NCBI GenBank assembly: GCA_964187785.1
Contig: OZ076421.1
Span: forward strand, 40,238,001 to 40,302,000
Source: Amphiscolops sp. MND2022
Taxonomy: Eukaryota
Length of the DNA stretch: 64,000 bases
Direction: 5' to 3'
Shown in pieces: positions 25,330-40,085 of the stretch (positions are counted from its first letter, which is position 1; the number at the start of each line of letters is the position of its first letter). Under the pieces are notes generated by a model, which was given only the letters and a program-made list of their open reading frames with translations, was not told the DNA's origin and made no database searches. A program made the translations under genes and the position numbers.

Positions 25330-26095
25330 AATGACGCAAAATAGTTTTTCTTTTATTTCAGATAGTCATCCTTTTCTGAGACCGACTCGAGCTTTGGATC
25401 TGGCTTCCGGTTATTCACTCAATTTGCGGTGTTTGTGTGTAGTCAGCTCCTAAACATCCTCTCTGACAATTTCTTAGGCAGTATTTCGGACTGGCTTAAA
25501 TACTTGATTTTTTTGGATCTTACTCAGGCAGATCTCCCATTCAAGAGTCCTGACAATTTCGTTTTAAACTCTGATTTCAACTTGGTGCATCCAGTAAACT
25601 ACCAAGACCGAGTAATATCATTGATCAGTCCATTACTTTTTATTAGGCTTTCTGGTGACACAAGATCGTCAAATCGGATCCTCTCCGAGGACTGTCCTGC
25701 TTAGATTCTGCTATGTTTCCTGACGGAGGAGAGGAGCGTTTCCTGCGTGCACTTGAGCAGCTGACAAGTTACTTTGTTTCACACTGTTGTATGAGTACAA
25801 GTGATAAAACAACAGCAGTCAGTCAGTACAGGGCGTTGTTAGCTAGAATTTACTTGTCTCAAACGAACCGGACAAGTTATTGGTTTTCGTTTCTATCCTG
25901 CCAATACGAATTACATCGTCGACCAGAATTACGTCAAATGTTTAACTACGTTTGTTTATGTCTTCCGCCTCAGGCGAAAATTTCTGTTTAGTTTGTTGTC
26001 CTATTGCTGAACTTGGTCCAGATGACGAAAGAGTCATGCGTAACCAGTATTCAGGTGACGTATGCAACAGTACCCAATGTGTTACTAGCAAAAAG
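25330..26095 (+). pseudogene. Degenerate ORF of unknown function, probably TE-derived
   Basis: Frameshifted plus-strand fragments with protein-like composition (..RALEQLTSYF..SCQYELHRRPELRQMFNYVCLCLPP..). Confidence 0.3.
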
Positions 26096-26099
26096 CAAA

Positions 26100-29000
26100 T
26101 GTGTTTTCAGTGATTGAAAGTTCTCAGTGTGGAATTTCCTTGAAGGCAGTGGTCCCCGAAGAGTTAAATTGCAGACGAAGTTGGAAAATGCATAGAACGT
26201 TGTGGTTGCCAGAAGGAAAAAAGTACAGTTTGCTGTTGATTCTGATGTTCTTTCTCCTAGTCGATCATCAAGAAGTACTAGTTCTCCAACGTCTCATCAT
26301 CATTGGTTTGTCGGGTAATTTCATAATTGTTTTCTTCTTCAGGTTCAGTTGCCCGTTTCACTGCGCTCCCCATCTATTTTTTTCGAAATTTCGGGGATGC
26401 GCGGATGGTTATCTTCGGATACTTCTATCAGAACGTATTCCGTTTCTTCTGTGTTTTGCGAAACATTCTGTACATTTTCTTCGAATGGGTTCGGACAAAA
26501 AGTTCTATTCCATGATTCAGCATATAAGTCATCGTGGGTGACTGGCATCTAATCGTTTTTCAGCCAATTTGTTTCACGAACAAAAGTGTCTGCTAGGGGC
26601 GCTTGCGGAAAGAATTTCCGCAGACAAATTCGATGTAGTAGATGAGGTTTATTGGTGACAAGTCTTTTGACTATGTAGTTATTGTTAGAAAGGTCTTTTT
26701 CAACTTTGTATGGACCGATCCATTTGAAATCACGGAACAGTATTTTCGATGTTTGGTTATCGGCTTCTGGGTTTAGGATGTAACCATAGTCAGTTGTTTC
26801 CAGAAGTGATGCTTTTGCTTTCCTATCGTAATATGCTTTATATTTGAGATAATCTTACATGATATTTTTTTTGGTTTGGTCAAGGAGTGTTTGCATTCTT
26901 CGTTGGACCTTTCAGCGGCATCGGTTTGTGGCTGATATCTAGGATTAGGGTTATATCCGAGTTTATAATCGAGTATGTTAAGTGGTATACCACTATGGAA
27001 AAGTCTTGACGGTTCACAGACGAGTGATGCATTGTATCGGGTAAGCACACAAGTATTGAGGAAATACGTCGACGGCTGTTATCACGTGGTCATAACCTCT
27101 GCTAGGTGGGAGATTGGGTATGTCCCTTTGGAATATATCCTCTGGACCAAGGTCCCATTCGAGACTTTTGGGTGTTTCAGTTCTCAGAAGATTGTTGTTG
27201 ATTCGTTTGGTTTGGATGCATGTTTGACAGTTACTAACCCATTTTTTAATTTAATTAGCGATACATGGGTAGTAGAATTTTTGCCTGGCTTCCGGAATCA
27301 TTTTTGTAATACCAGGATAGTTAGAGTGACGACATTGCATGGCTCGGAGGAGCTCTTAGAGGAGCTGTGTTGAAAGCAAGATTTCGTAGAGTGAAGTGGT
27401 TCCTGTATCTGTATAATGGATTCGTGTAAGAACCTCTTGTTTATATATTTCGATTCTCGTAGCGATTTGAAGGTAATGTTGGTATCTATAATCAGAGGCT
27501 AATTCCTTCTCGTCGAAGGGAATTACTTTTAATTTGGCTCTCATATATCTGAGGACAATCTCACTGTTTTGTTCGAGTTTAATTCTGGCATTGTCTCGAT
27601 AACGACCTTCTGAATAAGTCCAGGTTTGTGAAATTGTTGGAGTTCGGTGAGAATATTTCCCGGATCGTTATGAGTTTCGTTTTGTGCATGACTTCGTGTA
27701 TTTTGATTTTTTTCCCAGAATTGATTTTCATCGAGTTCATCATCAGGTAACATGTACATTTGTTCTTCTTCAATCATTCCAGATGATTGTTTGTTTTCCA
27801 GATGAAGTTGTTTATCTTCGAGGGGTTGTCTAAATGCTAATTGGCATGAGTTTTCGAGAAATTTGTTAAGTTCTGTGAAGTCATCTACTAAGTTTGTCGG
27901 TACATAAAATTTAGAGGTTTCCTTGAGATGTTTGAAGCACGGGGAGAGCCCATCCGAAAGTCGCAGAACGTAATTGCGGTGATAGTTCAATAATCCTATG
28001 TACCATTAAAGGGGTTTTTTGGACTTGGGGAACTTCAAATTTGAATAAAAAATTTCGAAACTTTATCGGCTTGCGGAGCAACACCTTCTGGTGTAAATGT
28101 ACGGCCCAGGAAGTTGACTTGTTCGACTCCGAAGTGTCATTTGGACATTGTGAGTTTCAGTCTAGCATTTCGGGTGCATTCGAAGACGGTTTTGTTCTTG
28201 GAGTTTTGATGCAGAAGACGGTTTTAATTCATAGCTGTTTCGTGTCGTTTGCTGCAATGCCAATGTTGTCCACATGTTGCGCACATTGGTCAGCTTTGAT
28301 TGCTTTGTCGAGGTATTCTCTAACGAAGCTTGAGAATGCTGAGGGAGATCTGCTTATGCTTGGGCAAGCCTGCGATAAGCAAATTTTCGTCTTTCAAATT
28401 GAAGGCGAGCATTTGGATGGATTGGTTATCTGCCATTTGTAGGCAGTTGTGAGCCTGGGAGCATTCTAATTGGAACAAACGTTTTTTCCCCTGCTACGTG
28501 TTGTGCTGCATCTGATAGGGTGCTTACATGGTGGTTTTTAGTGATGTGGTCTTCAGTTATTAAACTGTTGATTTCCTGAGATCCACAAGGAGTCTAAGTT
28601 GTCCATTCGTTTTGCGTTATGGGAAAAGAGGACTCGCGCACTTAGAGAAGGGCAAAGTTGTAATAATGCCATTTTCACGAAAGATTGCTATCTCGACTGT
28701 GATACCATCTGTTACGTTAATTGGGGTTGGTAGACTGTAACTATACGCATGGCTATCATCATTTGGTGTCATTTTTACTTTGAACTCGCGATTTGTGCCT
28801 ATATCGAAGCGGTGTTAGACAAATTTATCGTCAAACTCAAGGAGAATCGCTTCAATTAGTTGCTTCTCTGGCCTGAAAGTTGTATCAGACCAGTCGAAAT
28901 TTGAGGGAATGTTATTTCTGGATGGCTCGTTGTCCTGTGGGTTTAGTTTCTCAAGTTGCTTTGACTCTAAATTTTTGTTTACTTTCGTTGCTAGATTTGT

Positions 29001-31185
29001 GTGTATGTTGTGGGATCACCTAGTTCTTCTGGCGTTGGGAACCAGTAGGTGTTTCAGGAGTTCATTGTTATAGATCTCGGTTGTGTCCTCATGTTGTGTC
29101 ATGAATGATAACATCGCTGTATCTACAGGTTGTTTGTTTTAAATTTGTTCGGGTATTAAGAACTTGAAATCCGCTAGGTGTGTATCAATAGTGATTGTAT
29201 ATGGTAATTGGGAAACTTTGATCAACTGGTACCCAACAACATTGTTGTTGACGGTACTAAGTTATGAGGTGATAAAATTAGTTTTATGATTTTCGAACTG
29301 TTGTGATGAGGTGACTACTTCTGTTGCGTTGTGATCCAGGAGGTGAGGCATCTGCTTGCTATGGTGAGAATTTCGCCTGGTTGAATGGTGTAGGCATTTT
29401 TCGCATCGAGTGGTGGTGATGTTTGTCTCATGGTTATTTGGGTGTCAGGTTTGGGTTGCATTGAGAGAAAAGGGGAGGTTAAGATGGCTTGGGAGACATC
29501 ATAGACAGCGTTGTTTCGTCGGAGAAAACAAAGTCCAATGAGGGAACTTGGCAAGTTTTCCATGATAAAAAATTTTCTCTCAACATAAAGTCAGCCACTT
29601 CCATTTCGAGTAGAACTGTGCTGAGTGGGACTTCTAGTTGACCATTGGCCACAATGATTTGGAAATTTGGAGGAGGACCTGTTTCTTTTTTTGCTTCACT
29701 TGCTAGCAATTTGATTTTGTTGAGGTCCTGTTCTGAAATTGCACTTGTCAGGGCTTCTGTGTCAATGCGACCGTCCAAGCTGAGTTTTTGAAGTCCATCG
29801 GCATGTAATACGTGTAGCGTTTTCGCTTTAGTGTTAAGGAGGTGGAGATTGGAAGCTTTGACAGGTTTCGTTCCTGGTCAATCGCTATGTGGTTTGAGAT
29901 GTCTTCATTTAGAAGAGGTTGTTTTTATTCATTGAAAGAAGAGTTTCCGGTGTGATGTTTTACTGTGGGTGTATCGGTATTCAAAAGAGTTGTTTGTGTA
30001 GTGTTTGAAAAGTAAATTTCCCAGGGCTTTTCGAAGGGTTCGTAAGATGATTCTTGGGGGTGTTAAAAAATTCAGATTTTTCTGGGGTCGAAGTAGTCGA
30101 GTCGGGTTCTGTAGTCATTTGTTTGAGTTTTTTGTTTAGTGTGCAGCATGCCGCCGGTCATCTTGTGGTTTTATATTGGCGTTTTGGTTGTTAAGGCGTG
30201 GCGTTTCTAGTTTAAATCCTTGGAAGAGGGTTGTTGTAGTCGTTCCATCTTCGGTTTGATGGGATTTTTAGCATGCTTAAAAATTTCGAAGATCTTCTTT
30301 TTTGTTTCAGTAAAAATCTTCTTCGTTGGTCAATTTTCCATGTTTGCACAGAAATAGCAGTTTTCTTCTTCATGGCCTGGAGTTTTACAATTTGGACATT
30401 CAGAGGCATCTTTGGACATTCAGAGGCATTCAGAGGTGTGGCTTGCATCTTTTCAATAACGACACTGAGTATCTTTGAGGGTTTTGTTGGTTACAGAAGC
30501 GGAGTCTATGTTTCGTACTTTTCTGTTTGTTGTTTGGTAGGTTTTTCACTGCTTTGAACTTTTGGTCATAGCGGCCATTTGAGTTTTTGACTAGAAATTT
30601 GTCTGCTTCCAGGCCATTGAGTTCCGTTTTCTTTCGAGGTGTTTGAGAATTTGGTCAAATAAGCCGTTTTCCAGGTAGACTTGGTTGATAGATTTTTTGA
30701 GATGTGGTGGCATTTTAGCAAAAAGTAGATTCTCTATCATGTGGTGTGCATTGTCACCGAACGCGTTTTCCGCGCTTTCTTGCAACTTTTCAAGAAAGTC
30801 AGGTAGTTTTTGATTTTCTGGATTAAATGTTACTCGATGGTATCTGTGCTTTGCTGAGACACCAGTTTATGGTTTTACATACTTTCGACCAAAGACCTTT
30901 GAGATGTCTTTCAGAGTTGTTGTGGGTGTTCTCTAGTTGTTTTTGAAATGTTTTAGCGCCAAAGATGTGAGATGTGCATGGAAATAGTTATTTTTCATTT
31001 CTTCTGTGAGATTTGGCTTCATTTTGAGGGTTGTATGGAAAAAGTCTTCGAATTACTCAAAGTTTTTCTTTTTCTCCTTTTTCCCCCTGGATGTGGGTGT
31101 GTTTTTGCGGTGAAAAAAATTGTTGTGTGTTTTGTTGGCTAATTTTTCTATGGCTCGGACAATTTGGTTTTACAATTTGGACAAC
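26100..31185 (-). mobile_element. gag-pol: Degenerate Ty3/Gypsy family-B copy (gag, PR, RT, deleted RNase H and integrase)
   Basis: QESAENAFGDNAHHMIENLLFAKMPPHLKK, CLNVQIVK/CKLQA knuckle region, DGRIDTEALTSAISE, RT and ITAVDVF fragments. Homologous to 16100-19555 in the opposite orientation. Confidence 0.9.
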
Positions 31186-33600
31186 TGTAGATTTTCTTCG
31201 AATGGGTTCGGACCAAAGTTTCTATTCAATGATTGAGCATATAAGTCATCGTGGGAGACTAGACTGGCATCTAATCGTATTTCTTCCAATTTGTTTCGCG
31301 AACAAAAGTGTCTGCTAGGGGCGCTTGCGGAGTGAATTTCCGCAGACGAATTCGATGTAGTAGATGAGTTTTATTGGTGCCAAGTCTCCTGGCTATGTAG
31401 TTACTGTTAGTGAAGTCTTTTTCAACTTTGTATGGACCGATCCATTTGAAATCACGGAATAGTATTTTCGATGTTTGGTTATCGGCTTCTGGGTTTAGGA
31501 TGTAACCATAGTCAGTTGAGTCCAGAACTGATGCTTTTGTAATATGCTTTATATTTGAGATATTACATGATATTCTTTTTGGTTTGGTCGAGGATTGTTT
31601 GCATTCTTCGTTGGACTGCTTCAGCGACATCAGTGACATTATATCCGAGTTTATAATCGAGTATGTTATGTGGTATACGACCATGGAAAAGTCTTGACGG
31701 TTCACAATCGAGTGAAGTATTGTACGTTGTGTTGTAGTTGAGGACTGCCATGGGGAAAAATTTATGCCAGGTATTCCTAAAATCGCCTGTTGCGGCCTCA
31801 AGGTGTGTTTTAACTGATGCATGGGTTTTCTCAAAGAATCCAATTGTTTGGACTTGTTTCATTGTAGCGTGTTTCAAGTCAACTCCAAAAACTGCAGCAA
31901 CTTTGTAAAATACTTGTGCGTTGACTTGAGTTCCGAAATCGGTGATGAGTGTGGTAGGAAGGTGTGTATGTTTGCATAGAAAATCCATGATTACTCGGAA
32001 TACTGCTGTTGAAGTGATGATGGTTACTGGGTAAGCAAACAAGTATTGAGGAAATACGTCGACGGCTGTTATCACGTGGTTATAACCTATGCTAGGTGGG
32101 AGATCAGGAAAAATCTTCCAGTTGGTATATATTCTCTAGACCAAGGTCCCATTCGGGACTGTTGGGTAGTTCAGTTCTCAGAAGAGACGAAGTGACGACA
32201 ATGCATGGCTCGGAGGAGCTCTTAGAGGAGCTGTGTTGAAAGCAGGATTTCGTAGAGTGAAGTGGTTCCTGTATCTGTATAATGGTTTCGTGTAAGAACC
32301 TCTTGTTTGATATTTCGATTCTCGTAACGATTTGAAGGTAAAGTTGGTATCTATAATCAGAGGCTAATTCCTTTTCGGCGAAGGGAATTCCTTGTACTTT
32401 GGCTCTCATGTTTGTGAGGGCAATCTCACTGTTTTGTTTGAGTTTGATTTTGGCATTGTCTCGAAAACGACCTTCTGAACAAGTGTTGAGTCCAGATATA
32501 GGTTTGTGGATATGTTGGAGTTCGGTGAGAATGTTTTCCGGATCGTTGAGTTTCGTTTTGTGCTTGACTTCGTGTATTTTGATGTTTTCCCAGAGTTGAT
32601 TTTCATCAAGTTCATCATCAGGCAACATGTAGTTTTGTTCTTCTTCAAACATTTCAGATGAATGTTTGATTTTCCTCTGTTGCTTTTGTTTGGATGTCCT
32701 TACGGATGCTAAATTAGAGTTTTTCAGTCGAATTGATTTCTGTTCGAGATAAGAAGTCTGCTGCAGTGTTCATGGATCCTGCAACGTAGGCGGTTACAAA
32801 ATTGAATTGTAATACAAAATCACATGCATTCCATAAAACTTGGGGAATGAGTTTGACCTGGAAAAAACTTGTTTTTGGCCTATTGTCTGTAAACGCGATG
32901 ACTGGGAAGATGCTGCCCTGCATGAGTTGCCCAAACTCGACAAATGCAGAATGTATGGAAAGGAATTCTTTTGCATATATTGACCTTTTCGTTTGTGTTG
33001 GGTTTAAGGTTTTGGAGGCAAACGCTACAGATGCGTATGTGTTTTGTTTGGATTGTATTTTTAATTCGACTCGCCCTCTATTATCATGGCATATCTGGCT
33101 GCGGTGAAGCTTGCATCAGTAGGTTCTGTCAAGTCATCTACCAAGATTGTTGGTACATAAAGTTTAGAGGTTTCCTTCAGAAATTTGAAGTTGTTCAGAA
33201 AGTCGCAGAACGTAATTGCGGTTTTAGTTCAATAATCCTATGTACCGTTGAAGGGCTTTTTTGGATTTGGGGATCTTCAGTTTTGATAAAAATTTTATGA
33301 CTTTGTCAACTTGCGGAGCAACGCCTTCTGGTGTAATTGTACGGCCCAGGAAGTCAACTTGTTTGACTCCGAAGTGGCATTTGGACATTGTGAGTTTCAG
33401 TCCAGCATTTTGTATGTATTCGAAGACGGTTTTGATGTTGGTGTTTTGATGCAAAAGACGGTTTTGATTCATAGCTGTTCTGTATCGTTTGCTGCAATGC
33501 CAATGTTGTCCACATGTTGCGCACATTTGTCAGCTTTGATTGCTTTGTCGAGGTATTCTCTCATAAAGCTTGATAATGCTGAGGGAGATCTGCTTATGCT
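31186..33600 (-). mobile_element. pol: Second family-B Gypsy fragment (RT end, RNase H, integrase core)
   Basis: LKLTMSKCHFGVKQVDFLGRTITPEG (RT); TDNRPKTSFFQVKLIP..LWNACDFVLQFNF (RNase H); ITAVDVFPQYLFAYP..LITDFGTQ (integrase); FKWIGPYKV. Confidence 0.9.
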
Positions 33601-34102
33601 GGACTTAATGGAAGAAGGTCAACACAATTATGAATCCCTATCAACTACGTTCCTTGACACTCCACTAGAAGATTTCCCGATGTCAATGTGGGAGACTCCG
33701 GAAAGAACCGACGGCTCATCAAATAGTTATAGGAGGCCGTCAGCAGCAACCGACACCAGTAACATTCCTCAAAGGGGAGTATCGGTGAACAGACCAGCTG
33801 CGACCTACCCACCGAATTTTGTGCCAAGTGCAAGTACCTTCCAAATGCCACAGTCTAATGTTTTCAGCAATCATCACTAAACAATCTACCTTAGCCATTA
33901 CAACCAACAGGAAATCGTAATCCTTACCAATAGGAACCCACCTACAGCAGAGAATGTGGTGGTTCACAACAATGCTCCATTGATGATACAAATGGGGGAA
34001 GGATGAACATGCCTCAGCAAGCCCCTGTGGCCTATAATCAAAAGGTGCCCAACTTCCCTGTGGGACACTGTTCCAATTTGCTGCTTAATCAGACATGTGG
34101 AA

Positions 34103-36230
34103 GAAGTTTTGTGTTACTATGGAAAGAGCAATTTGAAAGATATGAATAAAAGTAGGCAAGTAAAGAGGTGTCACAACCCCACAGTTGAGCTTGTGCAGTT
34201 GTGCAATCCTCCTAAAAGAGAACAAATGGACAACTTAAAGTAAAAGACGAACAACCCGAGGACCCAAAACCAATAGGAACCCACCTACAGCAGAGAATGT
34301 GGTTGTTAACAACAAAGCCCCATTGATGATACAAATACCTCCCAATGGGAGAGGGATGGACATGCCTCAGCAAGCCCCTGTGGCCAATCATCAAAAGGTG
34401 CCCAACTTCCCTTTTCATGTGGGACACAGTACCAATTTGCTGCTTAATCCGACCTGTGAAAGACATGCATATACTGTTCCCCTCCGTCATGCCTAATGTG
34501 GAGGGTTTCTCGATTGGTGCAGAAAAGGCTATGATCAAATACCATTGAAAATTCTGGGCGATTATTTGATAGCAACCACATACGATGCCGAAGCAGTAAG
34601 AGACCGTGGTGTAAAGATCGCGTGCATTTATTGACAGATTTGAAGCTGCATTGTTCTCTCTTAAAGGTGCGGGATTGTCACAACCCCAGAGTTGTGTTGG
34701 TGCAGTTTGGCAATCCTAAAAGAGAACAGATGGACAGCTTTAAAGTAAAAGACGAACAACCCGAAGACCCAAAACTATCAAACATTCCCCTTTTCCTTTC
34801 CTTTTATCTGTCATATTGCTTTAGTTTTCAATTCGTAGTTCGAGAGTGTCATGTAAATATTTTAGTTTCATCAGTTTAGTTGAAATAGACGGTGTTGATA
34901 GTATACCATGCGTTTTGAATGTAGCAATGTTGCTATCATTTTTCCTTGACATGAAAGAATATATAAGGTCTCAAACTTTGGCTTTAGAATGGTATGATGC
35001 TATTTCTGAACAAATGTTGTGAACAGATTGCCATAGACGCGTCACTAGACGAGTTCAGTGATGATGAATATACGTCATTATGCGGTTTTCCGAGTGACGC
35101 ATATACGTCACTATATGGTTTTCAGCTCATAATGTGTTTCTGGTGCTTTAATCAGCTTTGATTATACGCCACCAAGCGGAAAACTGGATATGCGGCATCC
35201 TGCGGTTTTCCAGGGACTTGTATAGTTGATTTTGTATAGTTAACGTGTTAGAAGTTATGCAATTACTATCCGTAAGTTATAAATGGAATTACGTCAATCA
35301 AACATTTGAAGACATGACAACCCGAAAATTGGGTGTCATGCTTTATTATTTTTCCATTCGCAAAAAGTGCGGAATTGAAATATATCTTGTACCAGAGACA
35401 GTTGCATCCAAACCAACAAATCCAAACACTGTAAAAACAGTTTTCTGAAAAAGCTTTCGGTTCGGTTACAATGCACACCACATGATAGAGAATCTACTTT
35501 AAGCTAAAATGCCACCGCATCTCAAAAAATCTGTCAACCAATTCTATCTGGAAAAACGCTCATTTGACCAAATTCTCAAACACTTCTGAAAGAAACGGAA
35601 CTCAATGGCTTGGAAGCTGACAAACCTCTAGTCAAAACTCAAATGACTGCTTTGACAAAATGTCAAAGCATTGAAAAACCCACCAAACACTAAACAGAAA
35701 AGTCAGAAACACAGACTCCGAAAACTGTAACAAACAAACCCTTCAAAGATGCTCAGTGTCCTTATTGCAAAGATGCAAGCCACACTACCAACGATAGCCC
35801 TAAACTAGCTGAACGACGTAAACTTGAAGAGGACCTAGATGCCTCTGAACGTCCAAATTGTAAAACCCCAGGCCATGACGACGAAAAGTGCTAATTCGCT
35901 TGCAAACATGGAAAATCGACCACCGAAATGGACTTTTACTGAAACAAAAAATACCATCGAAACTTCTAAACAAGCTAAAGAACCGAGCAAACCAAAAATG
36001 GAACGACAACAACAACCCTCTTCCACGGATTTAAACTAGAAACGCCACAACCAAAACGCCAAAACAGAACCACAAGATGACTGGCGGCATCATGTGGACA
36101 CAATAAACAAAAACTCAAACAACTGACTACTGAACCCGACTCCACTACTTCGACCCCAGAAAACTCTGAATATTATAACAACCCCAAGAATCATTTTACG
36201 AACTCCTACGAAATAGAGATAAAACAACGA
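34103..36230 (+). mobile_element. gag: LTR/leader-like repeat copy 2 followed by an internally deleted family-B gag fragment
   Basis: Matches 14705-16000, then jumps into the ..ENLL*AKMPPHLKK gag region with CCHC remnants. Confidence 0.75.
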
Positions 36231-37429
36231 GATAGATAATGTTGGGACAGAAAGAAAAGATTGAATGAAATACTGTAATTTAAACAGGTTCAATTTAAAT
36301 TAAATGAGAAAGATGTTAATTTGTAGGGGGGATTTTCAATGACCTATTGAAAATTAGAGTTCAGTATTTATTTGTTTGTTTTTTTTGTTTTTTTTTTTGA
36401 ACTTGATGTAAAAACCTTTTTGCCAGTTTCGAGATTGTTTTTTGAAATTGTCATAAAGTACGCATTTTTTTGATAAGATGTCATCATTAACAAAGGGGGG
36501 AATTACCTATATAAAAAACTCAACGCAAACGTTTTTTTCCACATTTCTATGGTCTCACGGTTATTCCTGGGAGATGTCCAGAGTGCAGCACCATTGACGC
36601 AGTCAACGTCATCAAAAACTCAGTGTCAAATAATGCAGGAGAACAATTACACTCTGTCATACCTGATGCATGAGAATGTTGAAATTAGATGTGGTTAATT
36701 ACACAACATTCAAGAGTCGAGACATAAAGTCAACAAACAGTACATGAACACAGACGAAAGAAAAAGAATGTAGATAACCAAACCATATCATCAAACTTAA
36801 ACTCAAACCTTTCAGATGCATCGTTTATATTTTGTTTCCGAAAGGCTTCGCTCTCCTTTAGCCATATTCATACTTTTTCTACATGTACCTTTTAAATCAA
36901 TTTCATGATACAATATATGATTAAACACGTAATGTGGGTGACACACCATCACCAGATCTCATTCTAATGCAGTTAACCTCGTAACCAATGCTTATCTTGA
37001 CGATTTGCTAATACGATGTTGGCAACATAGCCACATTGCAATACTAAACGGATATACCAATTTGTGAGTCATGTAACTGTAGTAACACAATTACATTATG
37101 TTTCAGTGCACCATCAAACTTAAACTCAAATTGCGGGTTTACTAATCGAGCTGCGAATTAACACCACCATAACACTGCAATGCGATTGGTCGATGTGGTC
37201 ACGTGACCGACTTCGACATACTCAATAGCAGGTACGAGAGTGCCACCAAAAAAATTTATAACGTGCAGTTGCTAACCACAGTCATATTCGTATACAACTA
37301 GCCTCATCATTCCAATACTTAAACCCATTTATTACAATGACTCAATGAAACCTCATAAAACTCCAATATTTTTCCTTTATGGTTAATACTAGATCTCAGA
37401 CAGCTAAAAATATCCCAACAAGTATGAAC

Positions 37430-40085
37430 GGAAGAGGTAGATACAGTGTTGCCGAGGGCGAAGACAGTGTGCCTGATGTTTTTAAGAAGAGAACAGATGA
37501 ACGAATTTGATAACGGAGATCTACTAGATTATCGAAATGAGATTGATCGACGTACGGTAAATCAAAGGTTCTCTGAACAACTTACCGAATTGGCAAACTT
37601 AGTTTTGGTCCTAACGGAAAAGATGTCCTCTAGCATTTGAGAAGGGAACGATCTAAACACGGTCTCAATAGGACATGAGACCCGTTCCGACACGATGACA
37701 GAAGCCTCAACCAGCAATCCGCCAGCGAACCCACTGCGCCCACCTACATCGCAGTACCCTCAGTCATCCGCCCAAATTGACAACATCCTCACCGAAATCT
37801 ACCACCTGAGGGATACCATGACAGATACAGTACAAAATCCGAACAAAATTGCAAACGCAAGTCCCACTTTTCCGAGGAAATCGGGAAAAAATAATGAATT
37901 TGAGCACCTTCTCCTCAACCATCTCAGGCCACACCATCACAAATTGTCAGAAGAACAGAAACTGGCAAATTTTCAAAGTCTCTTAGGCGATGACGTCATT
38001 GAATTCTGGCAGTCATTGAAGATAACGAACCAGACGCTCCTAGCGCAAGTCTCGCGTTACTTCAAAGAAGAGTACGCCAAAGAAGATCTGAAAGAACTGG
38101 CCAAATACAATTTTGACCAAATGCGATATAATCCTTCGACCGAGACATTTAACGACTTAACAATTTCTTAACAACGTTAGGAAAGTAGCGAATCACGCCT
38201 TCCGGGACAGATCCAGCGACATAACAGAGACCTTTTTATTCGCGAAGCTGCTTGTTCAAATGCAGAACGAACTGGCAATGGCGGGCAAACATGACGCCAC
38301 GATGGAAGAGACTCGGACATTTGTGCAGCGTAGATGTCAGTATGCACAACTCCTCCCGAACACAGTCGGTGCGCAACCATTCAACCAGATGAGTGCACCC
38401 CAATCAAATGCAGCCACACCTCAGACGTCAAATACCCAATCCCAACAGAACAGGGAAACAAAGAAAAAGTTCGATGGACAATGCCGTCACTGCGGCATAC
38501 ATAGGCACAAGTGGGCAGAGAGCAGGAAACGCCTCCGAGAAGAAGCACAGGCAAAACCCACAAACCAGAAACCACAACAGACAGTCCAATTGAATCAGGT
38601 CACGAAAACAGACCTAAATACAACTCAAAACTCGTTTGCCAAATTTGTGGCAAGGTGGAAAGCTCAATCCGAGACTGTTATCACAGGAATACGACCACAT
38701 CAGCGTACCGAAGCGTCGCGTATCCTAAACAGTCAAAGGAGGAAAACAAACAGTTCAGAAGGGACTTTCGACAGACAAACAAAAGGGTCTACAAAACAAA
38801 CGAGCTGTGCCACACCACCAACAACGAAATTGACAATACTGAGGAAATGGAACGACACGATGACGTAGAGGAACCAAAAAACTTCTAAAGTCCCCAGCAA
38901 TCAAACAAAAATGCGCACCAGACTCAACAAAAACCGAATATTACTCAAAAACGACTCACAACACGGGGTGGCAGTCCCGTCCTTCAACCTATACTGAAGA
39001 AACTACAAACTTTGTCATCACAAGACATTCGACTGACAACTACACCATCAAACCTAAACAACTGAAACGACGACCCGAAGTCAACAACATGGAACCATCA
39101 CGTAAAGACAACACATTGCCTGATTTACCGAATGATGATGAACAACCCGCATCTTTAAAACCAAACAATCCGCCGAAGAAACCAAAGTACGAAATCCGCC
39201 AGTTGAGTGCCAGCTTACGACTCAACAAGAAGGACAACATGTTGTATGTACCACTTCAATTTCGCGAATACGAAAACTTTGGCCTCCTTGACACTGGCGC
39301 AATCCAAAGCGCACTATCAGAAGCTGAACTCCGTCACATTCTCACAGCCCACCCATCCGCCCTTCTCCAAGAACTCCCTTCCCCGGAGTTCAGAGTCCAG
39401 ATCGCCATTGGCAACATCGTACCAGTGAGGAAACAAGTCCTACTACGATTCTTCATCAAATGGCAAAGTCTTCGACGAATTATTCATGGTTCTCCCGACA
39501 ATGGTGAATTCATCGGAATGTCATTCTTCAAGAAATACTCTCTTACCCTAGACTTAGCCAACAACATAGTCAAATTCCCGGACATCACCTTCCAACTACG
39601 ATCAGTCAACGCGAAGTTCAAAATTAAATTAACCGAATTGAAAACAACTCAGAAGATGGTCATCCAACCCAACCAACAAGTGTTCGTCCCAGTGGTAAAT
39701 GAACGCAACCTATTCGAATATCATTGGTATCGTCGAAGGACAACCCGCTTTCGAGAGACGTTCACATCTGGTGTCCCCGGCTCTCAGCGAGACCCAGGAG
39801 GGTCGGACTTACGTCCAAATCACAAAAACACTAGACTACCAGATTACCATCAATGTGGGTACTGCTGTAGCATCATTCAAGATTATGACACCAATGCAAG
39901 CCAATAACCTACGGCTGATGACCAGTCACCAACTCAACCTGATCTGACAATATCCAGACGACGCTAAAGCAGTTTTGAACCAAATCTTGAACCAGGATCC
40001 AAATGTAAAGACAGACAGACGATGGTATTCTACCCCTGAGACATGTGATGACCCGTCAAAACTCAATAAGATTGAAAGACGCATC
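37430..40085 (+). mobile_element. gag-pol: Degenerate Ty3/Gypsy (family C) gag-protease region, truncated by the giant transposon insertion
   Basis: Gag-like ORFs 37695-38888 with eroded knuckles (CRHCGIHRHKWAES, CQICGKVESSIRDC) and protease GLLDTGAIQSALS. The pol reading stops at ..KLNKIERRI, exactly at the TIR. Confidence 0.85.
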
